Positions 62,755-64,000 of a stretch of DNA of 64,000 nucleotides are shown piece by piece; position 1 is the first letter of the stretch, and each line of letters starts with the position of its first letter. This DNA is from Takakia lepidozioides (taxonomy: Eukaryota > Plantae > Bryophyta). The stretch is from NCBI GenBank assembly GCA_030704615.1, contig CM060734.1, forward strand, positions 61,690,001 through 61,754,000. Reading direction: 5' to 3'. The notes beneath the pieces are model-generated. The model worked only from the letters and a program-made list of their open reading frames with translations, was not told the DNA's origin and did no database searches. A program made the translations under genes and the position numbers.

Positions 62755-64000
62755 TCACTCGAAGACAGGCATTGCAGGAAGTGGCTTCGGGCGCATCGTA
62801 CGAATTTCCTGGACTTCCTCCTCCTCCTCTTCCTCCTCCCCTTCCACGTTCTCTTCTGCGTTTTTGGGATCCTCAGTCGGAGGCAGACGCGGTAGGCCCG
62901 CCAAATTGAAATCGTACAAGGCCGTATCCCCCTCAAATGAGAACACAAATCGGTTGGACATCCTTCCCGCCCACATACAGGCACCTGCAAATTCATACGA
63001 CACAACCACAGCCAAAGTCAAGAATGACTCGCTTCCTCGCGCAAGCAAACATACACAATTAGAAACGGTATCAATTTCGGTGCCGCAATCACTTAACGCT
63101 CTCACCTGTATTAGCAGTGACGTCGAGGACCCTGCCTTCAACATCCGTACACGTTTCCATGAGCGTCTGGATGAATGCAGGACTCCTGGTCCTGCCATAC
63201 CTCCAAGGCTTGCCCGACAAATCACAAAGCATGTCCTTCTCTCCCACATGGTTGAACAGGACGTTATACTCCAGTGGATCAACTGTGGAATCAACAAGTC
63301 TGCCTGCTTGACGTAATTTGAATTTTGAATGTTCCTTCACGAAGCAGAATGCCTGAAAGATAAGAGTCTGCAAAGAAGGAAAGGAGAACATGAGAGGTGG
63401 CCTACACGTACATGGGCAATTTCGGCGCAGAAATTGGCAGAACAGAGGAGAACCGCAGCATACCTTCTGACCATCGTTGACAAGACCCTGCGTGTTGATG
63501 CAAGTCCAGATCTTTTTCAGGATGGGTGTTGCACTTCTCCCCGTCCATACTTTGATATCATTCTCAGTGACTTCTCCATCGGCTGCTAGCACAACAACAC
63601 AGCCGTCGTCGTCCAACATGTTGGCTGCGAACCCAAATGTGTGGCTCCAGTATCTTTCGTCGTACTTGTTCCACCAGGGTAGTGAGCCCAGCCCCAGTAT
63701 CTCCTGCCCATCCGGGATATCCACAAGGATCATGTCGATGGAGGCTTTCACCGCCCTGCCCCCGACTGTGCTCTTTTTGCCGTGGCTCATCGCCACAAAA
63801 TACTCCATCATCTTTGTGTAGCCAGGAGTGTCCTCCATATCATTGCCAGTGGCCTTCCTCTTCCCCTTCCCCTGGTGGGCCTCGATCGCCTTCCTCAATC
63901 TCGTTTTCTCCAGCCTTCTGGTCAGAGCAGTTAGGAAATTTTCATTAACACACTCCACAATTGTGGGTGTTTTGAGGACTTCACTGCCCGCAATGTGCAC
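62755..64000 (-). CDS. 3' part of a second beta-class DNA methyltransferase-like gene (paralog; 5' end outside the window)
   Basis: Exons >64000-63464, 63367-63106 and 62984-62755 joined by GT-AG introns give IDMILVDIPDG...PWWN...YWSHTFGF...GKPWRYGRTRSPAFIQTLMETCT..GRVLDVTANTG/ACMWAGRMSNRFVFSFEGD and an acidic tail. No disruption in the visible part. Confidence 0.75.

Noticed and set aside
57767-64000. Bacterial or phage contamination explaining the ParB/MTase genes
   Set aside because: Both genes have GT-AG introns at shared positions and are contiguous with plant retroelements carrying intact TSDs.

Overview
Eukaryotic land-plant nuclear DNA with GT-AG introns. It is most likely a bryophyte such as a liverwort or moss, inferred from the gene and TE families present. 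Three host genes are supported: an SDR110C/ABA2-like short-chain dehydrogenase (-), a 14-exon CtpA-family (S41) thylakoid-type processing peptidase (+), and a two-exon gene with two tandem DUF7748-like domains (-). The rest is mostly transposon sequence: LINE relics, a solo LTR, a decayed Copia, a hAT element (8-bp TSD) with a nested 13.4-kb non-chromovirus Gypsy carrying large extra ORFs, a tRNA-derived SINE-like element, and a very young Galadriel-like chromovirus. The most unusual region is 47.1-64 kb. A truncated GCM/MULE-like transposase lies head-to-head with a spliced gene that joins a ParB/Srx-like domain (DGNHR) to a beta-class N6A/N4C DNA-methyltransferase-like domain. A second, convergent MTase-like paralog follows. 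The introns of the first gene hold about 19 copies of a 24-bp palindrome (GTGATGATCGGTACCGATCATCAC), partly amplified in a 170-bp tandem repeat. This is a candidate transposon-borne ParB/parS-like plus methyltransferase system. All family assignments come from motif recognition by eye, not database searches.
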